The notes: generated by a model from the letters alone, not told the origin. A stretch of 32,000 nt of DNA from Patescibacteria group bacterium (GCA_041649575.1 JBAZMW010000005.1:60001-92000); one strand, 5' to 3'. Shown: positions 1 through 8,603, numbered from the stretch's first letter. Numbers and translations are program-made.

Positions 1-1
1 T

Positions 2-145
2 GAGTGCAAGCAGACCGCGCACTACCTCACCCTGGAGGAGTGGGCTGCTTATCTAAAGGAAGCGGGATTCGAAGTTGTCGACGCTAGCGTCGGCGAGTCG
101 TACGCTAAGCAGGGCATCGTAGTAGTCGCACGTAAGGTCAGTTGA
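2..145 (+). CDS. 3' end of a CDS entering from upstream (47 codons, ...EEWAAYLKEAGFEVVDASVGESYAKQGIVVVARKVS*). The product cannot be called; the tail is reminiscent of class I methyltransferase C-termini.
   Basis: Frame 2 is open from the window edge to TGA at 143-145. Codon choice is GC-rich. A hairpin plus T-run follows. Confidence 0.45.
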   Translation, partial: ECKQTAHYLTLEEWAAYLKEAGFEVVDASVGESYAKQGIVVVARKVS

Positions 146-152
146 CTTCGAT

Positions 153-197
153 CCTCTCAAGATCGCGAGATTGAGAGGGGGTCGGAGTTTTATTTTT
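153..197 (+). terminator. putative intrinsic terminator
   Basis: CCTCTCAA (153-160) pairs with TTGAGAGG (171-178). A T-rich run at 188-197 lies about 10 nt downstream, so the geometry is imperfect. Confidence 0.4.
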
Positions 198-240
198 CCA
201 TAAATAATGATAAAATATTTATATAAAGACGGGAAGAATT

Positions 241-1884
241 ATGGATATAAGAAACATAATTTTATTTATTGTATCGGTTTTGGATATAATCGTAGCGCTG
301 GTTATATTTATTCATAACCCCAAAAAGGTTATGAATATAGCTTATTCTCTGACTGCTGTCTGGGCTGGCTTGTGGGGTTTTGGCATTGCAATGTTTAGGA
401 TGTCCACTATTCACTTAGAACAATTGGTTTGGAACCAGTTTTTTATTTTTGTAGCGGCGTTGGTCGGCAGCGGTTTTTTACACTTCTCTTTGGTTTTCGG
501 CGACAAGGCCGCAAAGTTGGATTTGAGAAGGTTTATATTGGTATACGCCCCTAATCTGATAGTTTTATGGGCAGTTTTGACTCCGGGAGTCATGATTAAG
601 GATATCGTTGTCAGGAGCTGGGGCAACGAGAGTATTTTGGGTTGGGGCTATATTTATTACGGCTTGTATTTTGCCTTGTTGTGGCTGTGGGCGACTTTCA
701 ACTTGTTTAAAAAATATGCTAAAGGCGAACCATCCCTAAGACAACAAATACTTTTTATCTATATTGGCATTGGCGTATCAATAGTTTTTGGCGCCACCTT
801 TAACCTGATTTTTATTTTACTGGGCAATTATCAATACATTTGGCTGGGGCCATATGCCATGTTTTGCTTTGTTATCGCCACTTCTTATGCGGTGGCCAAA
901 CATCAGCTATTGGATATAAAGGTGGTGACAACAGAAATTTTTGCTATCTTTTTGAGTCTGTTGACCTTTTCCGATCTGTTCAGGACTAGTGGTGGTTGGG
1001 AGTTTTCCGGAAAATTAGCTTTATTTTTATTAACTTTATTTTTTTCCATCCTTCTCATCCGCTCTGTCCTAAATGAAGTTCGCCGCCGCGAAGAAATGGA
1101 AAAACTCACCGAAGAATTAAAAAAGACCACCAAGAAGTTGGCTTCTGCCAACAAGGAACTGGAAAGGCTGGACGAAGCCAAGTCGGAATTTTTGTCCATC
1201 GCCAGCCACCAGCTGCGCACTCCCTCCACCATTATCAAAGGCTATATTTCCATGATGCTCGAGGGCAGTTTTGGCAAGGTGCCAAAAATAATCAAAGAGA
1301 ATTTAGATAAGGTCTATATTTCCAACGAGCGCTTGTTAAATTTGATAGAAACATTATTAAATATTTCCCGCATTGAATCTGGCCGACTAGAATTCAACAC
1401 CCAGCCGGTGGATTTGGTGAAGACCATCGAGCCGATTGTGGCCGACTTTCAGAAGAAGGCCAAGGAGAAGGGCTTGAAACTGGAATTTAGAGCCGAAAAA
1501 GATATCCCACAGGCCAAGGCCGACCCGCAGAAAGTCAAGGAAGTGATTTCCAACCTGATAGACAACTCTGTCAAATATACCAAGGAGGGTGAGGTGATTA
1601 TCGGTTTGCATCAGGAGGGCCAGTCGGTGGTTTTTACCTGCCAGGACACGGGTATTGGCATTGATCCAGAAGATGTGCCGCGGCTGTTTAATAAGTTTGT
1701 GCGCGGCAAGGGCATGATGCAGGTGTATACCGAAGGCACGGGCTTGGGACTATACTTCGCGCGGATGGTGATAGAAAATATGGGCGGCCGTATTTGGGCG
1801 GAATCGCCAGGCAAAGGCAAGGGCAGCAAATTTTCTTTTTCTCTGACGATGGCCGATAAAAATAAGGCTAAGAAAGTGAGCTAG
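241..1884 (+). CDS. membrane-bound sensor histidine kinase
   Basis: 547-aa ORF. The N-terminal ~270 aa are hydrophobic and multi-TM, followed by a charged coiled-coil linker. H-box SIASHQLRTPST; ATPase boxes ISNLIDNSVKYT, DTGIGI and GTGLGLY. Confidence 0.9.
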   Translation: MDIRNIILFIVSVLDIIVALVIFIHNPKKVMNIAYSLTAVWAGLWGFGIAMFRMSTIHLEQLVWNQFFIFVAALVGSGFLHFSLVFGDKAAKLDLRRFILVYAPNLIVLWAVLTPGVMIKDIVVRSWGNESILGWGYIYYGLYFALLWLWATFNLFKKYAKGEPSLRQQILFIYIGIGVSIVFGATFNLIFILLGNYQYIWLGPYAMFCFVIATSYAVAKHQLLDIKVVTTEIFAIFLSLLTFSDLFRTSGGWEFSGKLALFLLTLFFSILLIRSVLNEVRRREEMEKLTEELKKTTKKLASANKELERLDEAKSEFLSIASHQLRTPSTIIKGYISMMLEGSFGKVPKIIKENLDKVYISNERLLNLIETLLNISRIESGRLEFNTQPVDLVKTIEPIVADFQKKAKEKGLKLEFRAEKDIPQAKADPQKVKEVISNLIDNSVKYTKEGEVIIGLHQEGQSVVFTCQDTGIGIDPEDVPRLFNKFVRGKGMMQVYTEGTGLGLYFARMVIENMGGRIWAESPGKGKGSKFSFSLTMADKNKAKKVS

Positions 1885-1933
1885 CTTATGCCAGCAAAAC
1901 AATTTTTGCTAAAAGGTTGTCTTTTACCATAAC

Positions 1934-1953
1934 TATGGTATAATTATACCATA
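1934..1953. promoter_or_regulatory. perfect 20-bp palindrome overlapping an extended -10 (TGgTATAAT); candidate operator for the downstream wHTH-NTase/HEPN operon
   Basis: TATGGTATAA|TTATACCATA is an exact reverse complement. TATAAT lies at 1939-1944, preceded by TGg. The site is about 20 nt upstream of the ATG at 1973. Confidence 0.55.
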
Positions 1954-1972
1954 ATCAAGGTGATAATAACTT

Positions 1973-2512
1973 ATGGTTTTCAAGGGTAAAGCAGAGAATA
2001 AAATTCTAGACTACTTTTTTGTAAACGTGTCAGCCAGGCATTATATTAATGAATTGGCGAGAATTTTGGATCTTGACCCCAAAAATACCTACCGCAAGCT
2101 TCTAGAGCTGGAAGAAAGAGGGGTGTTGGGAAGTGAATTTTCAGGCAAACAGAGGTATTTTTTTCTGGCTGCCAAAAATCGGTCGTTAAAAAATTTGCGA
2201 TCACTTTTTTTGAGCACAGCGGGGCTGGAAAGACGGCTAAGAGAGATAATGAAAGTAGATAAAAAAATAAAGCAAGCCTATCTTTTTGGCTCTTATGCCC
2301 AAGACAAAATGAGTCTTTCCAGTGATATTGATCTTTTGGTTGTCGGCCATCACTCGCCTTTGAAATTACAAAAAGAGATAGGCAGGATTCAAAAGGAAGT
2401 CGGGCGAGAGATCAACGTGATCAATTTAAGCGAAACCGAGTTTAAGGAAAAAAGGGAAAAGGATGCTTTTTTAAAGAATATTTTTTCAAAAAAAATAATC
2501 AGATTGAAGTGA
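1973..2512 (+). CDS. wHTH + minimal nucleotidyltransferase (MNT-like) protein, antitoxin-type partner of HEPN
   Basis: N-terminal helix-turn-helix-like ARILDLDPKNTYRKLLELEERGVL. NTase motif LFGSYAQD...SSDIDLLVV. The stop overlaps the next start. Confidence 0.7.
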   Translation: MVFKGKAENKILDYFFVNVSARHYINELARILDLDPKNTYRKLLELEERGVLGSEFSGKQRYFFLAAKNRSLKNLRSLFLSTAGLERRLREIMKVDKKIKQAYLFGSYAQDKMSLSSDIDLLVVGHHSPLKLQKEIGRIQKEVGREINVINLSETEFKEKREKDAFLKNIFSKKIIRLK

Positions 2513-2913
2513 CGATTTTTGAAAATGACTATTTCCAGCCGCTGAAGTTTGAACCGGAGCAAATCAGTCAATATGTGGCCTCGGCCAAAAGAGATTTTTC
2601 CATAGCTAAAAACTCATCTGAGCCCGAGGTGGTCTTTAGGTTTGCTTATGACGCGATGATAAAATTAGGCCTGGCTTTAATTGCCAAACACGGGTATCGG
2701 GTCAGAAGCGCGCCCGGACACCATATCAAAATTATAGAAAAGATAGGATCGGTTTTGCATGACGGAGACATTGAAATGATGGGCAACCAGATGAGACAAA
2801 AACGCAACCTTGACTTATACAGCGGCGGATTTTTGATTTCAGAAAAAGATAGCAAAGAATATCTAGTTTTTGTGGAGAAGCTTTTTAAAAAGGCGGATAA
2901 TCTTTTGTTATGA
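2509..2913 (+). CDS. HEPN domain protein
   Basis: 134 aa. The GTG start overlaps the upstream TGA (GTGA at 2509-2512), indicating translational coupling. R-x4-H motif RSAPGHH. Canonical pairing with an MNT gene. Confidence 0.65.
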   Translation: MTIFENDYFQPLKFEPEQISQYVASAKRDFSIAKNSSEPEVVFRFAYDAMIKLGLALIAKHGYRVRSAPGHHIKIIEKIGSVLHDGDIEMMGNQMRQKRNLDLYSGGFLISEKDSKEYLVFVEKLFKKADNLLL

Positions 2914-2953
2914 TTCCTAAAGTAATCTTTTGTTACGTCTGTATTTAAATTAT

Positions 2954-3697
2954 ATGTGCAGACTCTTAGCCATTAAAGGAAAGATAAGCCAGGCCGACTT
3001 GGCTTTTGTTTTAGGTGAATTCAAAAAACAGGCGGTAATCGGCCGAGTGCCTCATGGCGTTAAGCCCGGTCATCGCGATGGCTGGGGTTTTTCGGTTTAT
3101 CAAAAAGGCAAGGTAAAAATATATGAGCGCAGCAACCAAGATGCCAGCCAGGACAAAAAATATGATCAAACTGTAAATAAGATTTTAAAAATTGATAGCC
3201 AGATAATTATCGGGCATCTAAGAAAGGCGTCGGTCGGAGAAAATAATGCCAAAAACAACCATCCGTTTGTGTATAAGAATTTTTCTTTCTGCCATAACGG
3301 CAAAATACTTGAAAGTGACAAGATAAAAATCAAAGCCAAATTTAAAAAATCAATCAAGGGCAGTACCGATTCGGAGCGGCTGTTTTATTTTATCCTTGGC
3401 AATCTGACCACCAGCATTAAGTTAAAAGTTGATTTTATAAAAGCGATTAAGAAGATAAAAAAAGATTTTGATTATACCGGTTTGAACTTACTGTTTTCTA
3501 ACGGCCGGAAACTGATCGCCATAAGGGAAGTGAATTTAAAGAATAAGGTAGTAAAAGAAAAGAAGATGCTGGGCTATTATGGTTTGTTTGTTGGCATTAA
3601 TAAAAAATATAGCTATCAGATAGTCGCCTCTGAAAAAATAAAACTACCAGGAACAAGCTGGCGGTTGATGAAGAATGCAGAAATAATAGAATTATAA
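2954..3697 (+). CDS. class II (Ntn-type) glutamine amidotransferase-like protein (YafJ-like)
   Basis: ATG at 2954 gives MCRLLAI with the Cys2 nucleophile. Motifs HRDGWGF and HLRKAS...NNHPF. The ORF track starts at TTG 2930, but a Met-Cys N-terminus is expected for this family. Confidence 0.7.
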   Translation: MCRLLAIKGKISQADLAFVLGEFKKQAVIGRVPHGVKPGHRDGWGFSVYQKGKVKIYERSNQDASQDKKYDQTVNKILKIDSQIIIGHLRKASVGENNAKNNHPFVYKNFSFCHNGKILESDKIKIKAKFKKSIKGSTDSERLFYFILGNLTTSIKLKVDFIKAIKKIKKDFDYTGLNLLFSNGRKLIAIREVNLKNKVVKEKKMLGYYGLFVGINKKYSYQIVASEKIKLPGTSWRLMKNAEIIEL

Positions 3698-3741
3698 AAT
3701 TCAGCTCAGCCTTCAAAGGTTGGGCTGAATTGTTTTTGTTT
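3698..3741 (+). terminator. intrinsic terminator after the amidotransferase gene
   Basis: AATTCAGCTCAGCC / GGTTGGGCTGAATT imperfect stem, followed by TGTTTTTGTTT. Confidence 0.6.
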
Positions 3742-3768
3742 GACACTGATATGGCCGGGTGATAAGAT
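3739..3768 (+). promoter_or_regulatory. sigma70-like promoter for the PRTase-like gene
   Basis: TTGACA (3739-3744), 18-nt spacer, TAAGAT (3763-3768). Confidence 0.45.
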
Positions 3769-3820
3769 AATCTCGGTTCCTTCAACAGCCGTAATGATAC
3801 GGCAGAAAGAGAGGTGCATC

Positions 3821-4921
3821 ATGGGAACTGCAGTGTCTACGTCGCCAACGCCGACTTCCACCGAGACGGCGGAAGAAAGCGTCCCCGACCACCATTCGGA
3901 AAGTGAGGTGGCAGGAGAATTGACGAGGCTGTACGCTTTCACCTGGGATTTGGGAGAGAAAATGCAGTGTTTCTCCGCGCTCGGGCTGAACGTACCTCCC
4001 GCCAACGCCAAGATCTACACCGAGACGGTAAACGACGTGATCAACGAGCTCAACCGCGTTCTCAAACCGACGCAAGCCAGAGTGGAGGCCAGGTCGACGC
4101 AGGATTTGGCCAGGGCAATCGTGTCCAGGGCCTTGCGTCATCAATCGGATCTCAGGTCGCGTGCTATGCGAGAATCGTTTGTCGTCAGCACCTGTCCGGA
4201 GATCGCCAATATCCGCCAGGGCGTTTCCTTGCAGATCAATCGTCTCATCGATGAGAACGGTCGGGTGATTGGCCTGGGTCCGCGTCCGGGTACTGAGCCA
4301 ATCGAGGACCAAATGGAGGCCATCGCACACGCTTCGGGTGGGCATCCGGTGATACTCATGGAGGATGGAGCGTTCACCGGCGGCACGATGCGTTTTGTGA
4401 TCGAGAAGATGCGCGAGTATCGTCTCCAGGTGATCGCTGTGGTCATCGGCATGGCCTTTCCTACGGCCAAAGAGAAGATCGCCGAGGTCTTCGACGGTGA
4501 GATTATCTGCGAGGAGGAGAAAGACTGGCTGGACTGGATGCCCGACCACGACTTCTTCCCCTTCGTGCCCAACAGCGGCCGAGTATTCGGCGTTTCTTGG
4601 CGAGGCAATCTGGGCCCGCTCTACACTCGCGAGGGTATCAGTCTGAGCGCGCCATACATCCAACCCTTCGCTCCGTCGAGCAAGTGGGCGAGTATCCCGG
4701 AGGCGAGCTTCCTGGAATTCTCGCGTTTCTGTCTGGACAAGACGTTGCGGATTTTCCAGGATCTCTGCCACCGCAACGGCGATCGCCAGCTCACTATCGG
4801 TGACATCATCGACACAAAACCGCGCGTCAGCGTTCCGATGGGCATGGGCCAGAAGCGCTTTCCGTCTCCGAGTACGCGGATTCTCGATTACCTCAAAGAC
4901 TGCATCGAGGAGATCGACTGA
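3821..4921 (+). CDS. hypothetical protein with phosphoribosyltransferase-like PRPP-binding motif (GC-rich orphan)
   Basis: ATG at 3821 is preceded by AAAGAGAGG (3806-3814). VILMEDGAFTGGTMRF fits the type I PRTase PRPP loop (four hydrophobic residues, two acidic residues, x2, T-G-x-T). The track ORF begins at TTG 3740. The large antisense ORF is Arg-rich shadow. Confidence 0.5.
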   Translation: MGTAVSTSPTPTSTETAEESVPDHHSESEVAGELTRLYAFTWDLGEKMQCFSALGLNVPPANAKIYTETVNDVINELNRVLKPTQARVEARSTQDLARAIVSRALRHQSDLRSRAMRESFVVSTCPEIANIRQGVSLQINRLIDENGRVIGLGPRPGTEPIEDQMEAIAHASGGHPVILMEDGAFTGGTMRFVIEKMREYRLQVIAVVIGMAFPTAKEKIAEVFDGEIICEEEKDWLDWMPDHDFFPFVPNSGRVFGVSWRGNLGPLYTREGISLSAPYIQPFAPSSKWASIPEASFLEFSRFCLDKTLRIFQDLCHRNGDRQLTIGDIIDTKPRVSVPMGMGQKRFPSPSTRILDYLKDCIEEID

Positions 4922-4948
4922 TCCATGATGCACTACAACACTAACAAC

Positions 4949-4996
4949 CAGCCTGTTTCCCGCGAGGGAGATGGGCTGTATTATTTTTTATTTTTT
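4949..4996 (+). terminator. intrinsic terminator after the PRTase-like gene
   Basis: CAGCC...TCCC-GCGA-GGGA...GGCTG nested hairpin, followed by TATTATTTTTTATTTTTT. It overlaps the 3' end of the convergent LOG-like gene. Confidence 0.6.
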
Positions 4997-5520
4997 GCTA
5001 GTTTGATGGCCAGTTTTACGGCCACCGCCGGATTTTTTGCGGTCTGAATCTTTAATCTTTTTCTGCGGTCAAAATATTTACCGGCCATTTCATCGGCCCA
5101 ACCGCCAGTTCCTTTGATGGCGACAATGGGAATATTGAGCTGATAGGCAATGGCCATTTCGGTCAGCGTGCCGGAACCGCCGGAGATGGCAACGATAGCA
5201 TCACAGCTGTTAACTAAGACAAATTCACGTCCACCGCCACGCTCCATCCCGCTGACAATTAATACATCGGTGTTGATGCCCTTGTCCCAGATTTCTTTGC
5301 CTTGTCCGTAAGTCACTCCGACGGTTAGGCCCTTGCCGGCTTTAGCGCCTCGAGCAGCGGCGGTGGAAAGTGAATCATAATCTTTTTCGGCGCCGTAAAC
5401 GGTGATATTACCAGACTCGGCTATCAGTTTGCCAGCCTGGTAGGCCAATTTTTCAAGCTCTGAGGAGTATTTGAGATCAGCTGCGGAACCCATGACTCCG
5501 ATTTGTAATTTTTTGCCCAT
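4981..5520 (-). CDS. LOG/TIGR00725-like Rossmann-fold protein (SLOG superfamily)
   Basis: 179 aa. ISGGSGTLTEM matches the PGGxGTxxE-type LOG motif. Gly-rich N-terminus GVMGSA. Confidence 0.6.
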   Translation of the reverse strand: MGKKLQIGVMGSAADLKYSSELEKLAYQAGKLIAESGNITVYGAEKDYDSLSTAAARGAKAGKGLTVGVTYGQGKEIWDKGINTDVLIVSGMERGGGREFVLVNSCDAIVAISGGSGTLTEMAIAYQLNIPIVAIKGTGGWADEMAGKYFDRRKRLKIQTAKNPAVAVKLAIKLAKNKK

Positions 5521-5521
5521 A

Positions 5522-6229
5522 TTATTTATTTATTTTTTTCATTTTATAGCAAAGAATTCCCAAGCGGGCGTACTGATTTACCAATAAGGGATAGAACTCT
5601 TCTCCCTGGAAAGTGTTGGCTTGGAAATTTTCCGGCAACGGGCGGTCTTTTTCCCAATCAGTTAGACTAATAGTGCCATCAACGCGATAAACCGTTTTTT
5701 CTTTTGGAGAATGATTTTGATTTTTTTCCATGGCCAAAATAAAATTTTCTACTACCTCTGTCGCTTCTGTGACCACTTGTTGGTAGTCGCGTCCCATTAT
5801 TCCAAACTCCAACTCAACGCAATTATCCAAGATACCGCCCAATGGTCCTTGCGGGTCGGGCCAGAGCAACACGGTATCCAAGCTCAACCAATCGAGCGGA
5901 AATTTAGTCGGCAAGTCTGGTCTAGGCGCAATAATGAAATTATTATTGCCTTTGCCGGCTTTATGAATATCAATGATGTATTGGTATTTTTTGGCCACTT
6001 CCAAATTTTCGGCCGCTCGGCGCAGTTCGTATTTGTCGCTTTTAGGATCTCCCGGGTAAGCACGATTTAAATCATAGTCGATGAAGCGTTCGTTTTTTTC
6101 CAAAGCCAAAGGGTTGCCGATAAGCACATCAAAATAGTCGGATAATTTTTTATCATTCAGATTCTTTATCACTTCAAGTCCGATTGGTTCATCACCATGA
6201 GTGGCGGCGATTAGTAGTAGTTTTTTCAT
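5522..6229 (-). CDS. succinylglutamate desuccinylase/aspartoacylase (AstE/AspA) family zinc hydrolase-like protein
   Basis: ATHGDEPIG (H-x-x-E zinc site) and NPLALEKNERFIDYDLNRAYPG signature. One-nt spacing to the downstream LOG-like gene suggests an operon. Confidence 0.6.
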   Translation of the reverse strand: MKKLLLIAATHGDEPIGLEVIKNLNDKKLSDYFDVLIGNPLALEKNERFIDYDLNRAYPGDPKSDKYELRRAAENLEVAKKYQYIIDIHKAGKGNNNFIIAPRPDLPTKFPLDWLSLDTVLLWPDPQGPLGGILDNCVELEFGIMGRDYQQVVTEATEVVENFILAMEKNQNHSPKEKTVYRVDGTISLTDWEKDRPLPENFQANTFQGEEFYPLLVNQYARLGILCYKMKKINK

Positions 6230-6243
6230 ATTTAAAGTTGGTT

Positions 6244-6279
6244 AAAAATGGTGTTGAGGAACAGCCGGAGCTGTTCCTC
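6244..6279 (-). terminator. putative terminator of the GNAT gene
   Basis: Perfect 10-bp stem GAGGAACAGC (6256-6265) / GCTGTTCCTC (6270-6279) with a CGGA loop. The U-run on the minus strand starts about 7 nt after the stem. Confidence 0.45.
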
Positions 6280-6298
6280 GGTAAGGTGCGGTTACGGT

Positions 6299-6853
6299 TT
6301 AGAGCGCCAATAACCAGTAGCTGCGATCGGTTTCCGCGCCGTCGCGAACGTCAAGCTCGCGAAAGCCCAAATTGGCGTAGAGTGAACGCGCCGGTACGGC
6401 GCGCATGTCGGTGCGCAGGATAGCCTGCTGGTGGCCCAAGGTCTTGGCGCGCGCAATCAGTATGCGGCTTAGCAACTTACCCAGGTTTTTGCCGCGAAAA
6501 CGCGAGTCGACGCCCAGCTCATCAACGTAGAATACGCGTCGGTCATCAGTGAAGATGAAGTCGAGCTGTCGGGAGCTGGCGATCAGTCTCATATCCTCTT
6601 GACTGACGGTATAGCCAAGCGTGAAGCCAGCGAGTTCTGGTTGCGGCTTACCGTTTTGTGCAAAAACCAGTAAGGCGGCAACCCCGGGTAGCCGGAGATG
6701 ATTAGCAATATCGCCTTTGACTCCCCGCGGTGTCCAAAAGTCCTCTAGCCACGGCGGCTCTTTCCAGATTTGACAATACAGGGCAGCGTAAGCATCGTGT
6801 ATCCAACTGTCGAGATGGGATATGTTGAATTCCGAGATTTCGAAGTTCGCCAT
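6299..6853 (-). CDS. GNAT family N-acetyltransferase (GC-rich)
   Basis: 184 aa. Acetyl-CoA motif A: VDELGVDSRFRGKNLGKLL. C-terminal ...YANLGFRE. RBS AAGGAG lies 7 nt upstream of the ATG. Confidence 0.8.
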   Translation of the reverse strand: MANFEISEFNISHLDSWIHDAYAALYCQIWKEPPWLEDFWTPRGVKGDIANHLRLPGVAALLVFAQNGKPQPELAGFTLGYTVSQEDMRLIASSRQLDFIFTDDRRVFYVDELGVDSRFRGKNLGKLLSRILIARAKTLGHQQAILRTDMRAVPARSLYANLGFRELDVRDGAETDRSYWLLAL

Positions 6854-7042
6854 GGTGTCTCTCCTTGGTTGTCACGAGCCGGGCTCGATGATCGCTTCTA
6901 AAAAGATGGGGTACAAAAAACCCCTTTCTCTATCCGAGAAAGGGATTATCTCAAAGCCAATTCTAACTTATGGAATTAGCTTCGCAATAATCCCTTTTTT
7001 GTGATGATGTCTTAAAATTGTTTTAGGACTCCCGATCATATT
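6854..7042 (-). promoter_or_regulatory. ~190-nt leader of the GNAT gene with terminator/antiterminator alternative pairing and a 23-codon His-His-His sORF
   Basis: On the minus RNA, AAGGGATTAT...ATAATCCCTTTCTC-GGATA-GAGAAAGGG-GTTTTTTG. The sORF at 7039-6968 encodes MIGSPKTILRHHHKKGIIAKLIP*. Confidence 0.4.
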
Positions 7043-7048
7043 AATCAA

Positions 7049-7077
7049 ATTATAGATGGAATTTATTAAAAAGTCAA
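7049..7077 (-). promoter_or_regulatory. sigma70-like promoter driving the GNAT leader
   Basis: On the minus strand, TTGACT (7077-7072), 17-nt spacer, TATAAT (7054-7049). Confidence 0.55.
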
Positions 7078-7090
7078 ATAAAAATTACAG

Positions 7091-7119
7091 TTGACAGAAA
7101 AAATTTTTAATGGTAGTTT
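7091..7119 (+). promoter_or_regulatory. candidate hisS promoter
   Basis: TTGACA (7091-7096), 17-nt spacer ending in TGG, then a weak -10 TAGTTT (7114-7119). Confidence 0.35.
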
Positions 7120-7193
7120 ATAAATACCTTTTTAATTAAGGCAGGAAAACAGGCTTGCCGACGGCAAGAACTATAAGGAAAGGATCCGATACC

Positions 7194-8582
7194 ATGTCAA
7201 ACAAAACCGTAAAGCCAGAAATTCTGGGTGGCTTCCGCGATATGCTACCCAGGGACGCATTGATGTTGCAGGAGATAGTCGACATTGTCAGAAGGGTGTA
7301 TGAATCCTTTGGCTTCTTGCCGCTGGAGACGCCCTGTATGGAACGGCAAGAGGTGCTGACGGGCGGCGATCCGCATTTCAACAAAACCATCTTCATTGCC
7401 CGCACTTTGCGCGGCACGGAAGACAGGGGCGTTGAGGAGAGCTGGGACAACGACTTCGCGCTGAGGTTTGATCTGACTGTGTCTCTGGCTCGGGTGGTGG
7501 CTGCCTATCCCGACTTGCTCAAGCCGTTCAAGCGCTACCAGTTGGGCAAGGTGTGGCGCGGCGAGAGCCAGCAGTCGGGGCGTTTTCGTGAGTTCTTTCA
7601 GTTGGACTTTGACACCATCGGTTCGCGTTCGCTCAACGCCGACATCGAGACCATCCAGGTGATTTACGAGTGCCTCAAGGAGCTCGGCATCGCCAACTTC
7701 ACTATTCGGTTCAACACCCGTAAGGTTCTCAACGGGTTGGCCCAGGTGGTGCAAGTGGGTGATCGGGCCAGGAATTTCTTCCGCATTCTCGACAAGCTGG
7801 ACAGGATCGGCGCCGACGGAGTGAAGGCCGATTTGATGCGTCAGCCGGACAACGAGTTCGACGAATCGGCCGTGGCCTTGAGTGAGTCGGAAGCGGACAA
7901 GGTTCTGGGTTTTTTGTCCATCAAGGATGAACGACCCGAGGACACCTTGGCACGGCTGGAGGAGTTTTTTGCCGGTGCTCAAGGCGATGGTCAGGAAGGT
8001 CTGGCCGAACTGCGGGGCATTGTCGAGGCGCTTGATCTCTTGGGCATTCCTCGCGCCAACTGGAAGCTGGATTTGTCGGTAGCCCGTGGCCTGGACTACT
8101 ACACCGGGCCGGTGTTTGAGACGATACTCAATGACTATCCGGAGCTCGGTTCGGTGGTCGGCGGCGGGCGTTTCGATGGCCTGACCAACCGTTTCATCCC
8201 GGACAGCAATATTGCGGGCGTGGGTGCCTCGGTCGGCGTGGACCGGCTGATCGTGGGTATGCAGAAACTCGGTCTGCTCAAGGCCAAGGACTCTCTGACT
8301 CAGGTGCTGGTCACCATCTTCGATCCCAAGTACGAGCGCGAGTCAAGGGCGATGGCGGCCTACTTGAGACGTTTCGGAGTACGAACCGAGCTCTACCTGG
8401 GCGAGGATCGCACACTGCGGGCGCAGTTCGCTTACGCCACCAAGAAGGGCATCCCGTTCGTCGTGGTTCTGGGCGAAGAGGAAATCGAGGCCGATAAGGT
8501 AGCCTTGAAGGATATGGCCAGTCGCAGCCAGGAGCTCTTGACAAGAGAGGAGGTTCTTGCTAAGCTGGCAAGAGCAGAATAA
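7194..8582 (+). CDS. hisS: histidine--tRNA ligase
   Basis: ATG at 7194 follows AAGGAAAGGA; the track start at 7155 is TTG inside a leader hairpin. Class II motifs: GFRDMLP, motif 2 RYQLGKVWRGESQQSGRFREFFQLDFD, motif 3 GGGRFDGL. C-terminal anticodon-binding domain (VLVTIF...IPFVVVLGEEE). Confidence 0.9.
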   Translation: MSNKTVKPEILGGFRDMLPRDALMLQEIVDIVRRVYESFGFLPLETPCMERQEVLTGGDPHFNKTIFIARTLRGTEDRGVEESWDNDFALRFDLTVSLARVVAAYPDLLKPFKRYQLGKVWRGESQQSGRFREFFQLDFDTIGSRSLNADIETIQVIYECLKELGIANFTIRFNTRKVLNGLAQVVQVGDRARNFFRILDKLDRIGADGVKADLMRQPDNEFDESAVALSESEADKVLGFLSIKDERPEDTLARLEEFFAGAQGDGQEGLAELRGIVEALDLLGIPRANWKLDLSVARGLDYYTGPVFETILNDYPELGSVVGGGRFDGLTNRFIPDSNIAGVGASVGVDRLIVGMQKLGLLKAKDSLTQVLVTIFDPKYERESRAMAAYLRRFGVRTELYLGEDRTLRAQFAYATKKGIPFVVVLGEEEIEADKVALKDMASRSQELLTREEVLAKLARAE

Positions 8583-8603
8583 GACGCATGTTCGTTCTTA
8601 GGT

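Noticed and set aside
3782-4933. 383-aa antisense ORF opposite the PRTase-like gene, and similar long antisense ORFs (7245-7982, 11129-11584, 11183-11629, 14175-14545, 15354-15870, 9239-9859)
   Set aside because: These are shadow ORFs typical of GC-rich or strongly codon-biased genes. They are Arg-rich and of low complexity, with no motifs, RBS or promoter. The sense-strand genes carry clear family motifs and expression signals.
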